In this document: one piece after another, positions 63,921 through 64,000 of the stretch
Layout of the letters: every line of letters begins with the position of its first letter
Numbering within the stretch: the stretch's first letter is position 1
Source: Lama guanicoe
Taxonomy: Eukaryota
Assembly (NCBI GenBank): GCA_013239625.1
Contig: MU053881.1
Span: 4,733,957 to 4,797,956, forward strand
DNA: 64,000 nucleotides
Reading direction: 5' to 3'
The notes under the pieces: generated by a model
Databases searched by the model: none
The model's input: the letters and a program-made list of their open reading frames with translations, nothing else
Told to the model about the DNA's origin: nothing
Made by a program: the position numbers and the translations under genes

Positions 63921-64000
63921 ATAGGGGTTGACAAGCTATGGTCTGTGGGCCAAATCTGACCCATCACCTAATTTGGGAATAAAGTCTTAATGGAACGTGG
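63921..64000. mobile_element. MER58-like hAT MITE, truncated by the window end
   Basis: AGGGGTTGACAAGCTATGGTCTGTGGGCCAAATCTGACCC...AATAAAGT..TAATGGAAC. Confidence 0.6.

Noticed and set aside
1..64000. Prokaryotic-type systems (CRISPR arrays, operons, defence islands) or a foreign insert
   Set aside because: The sequence is mammalian throughout, with a spliced gene and mammalian repeats; no regularly spaced repeat-spacer array or compositionally foreign coding block was seen

Overview
Eukaryotic (mammalian) genomic DNA, most likely a camelid: the window carries ten copies of a tRNA-derived SINE resembling camelid Vic-1. It contains one complete, intact protein-coding gene on the + strand, STC2 (stanniocalcin-2). 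The four coding exons are 5759-5909, 7965-8107, 10618-10829 and 15473-15875, giving 909 nt or 302 aa with GT-AG introns. The gene has a CpG-island promoter (~3.8-7.25 kb) and a ~3.1-kb 3' UTR with several polyA signals. The remaining ~45 kb (19-64 kb) is gene-free, repeat-rich DNA (MIR, L1/HAL1, L2, MLT1 LTRs, hAT MITEs, SINEs). By conserved mammalian synteny (not visible here) it should be the far-upstream regulatory interval of NKX2-5. I found no evidence of a novel coding system; the other ORFs in the track look like chance frames. The most interesting signals are regulatory. They are stacked ATF4/HIF/AhR motifs plus a uORF at STC2, a dense MEIS/TGIF-GATA-T-box motif cluster at ~38.3-39.1 kb, a tandem CTCF motif pair at ~43.1-43.3 kb, and a closely spaced inverted SINE pair. 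Repeat family names and boundaries were recognised by eye and are approximate.
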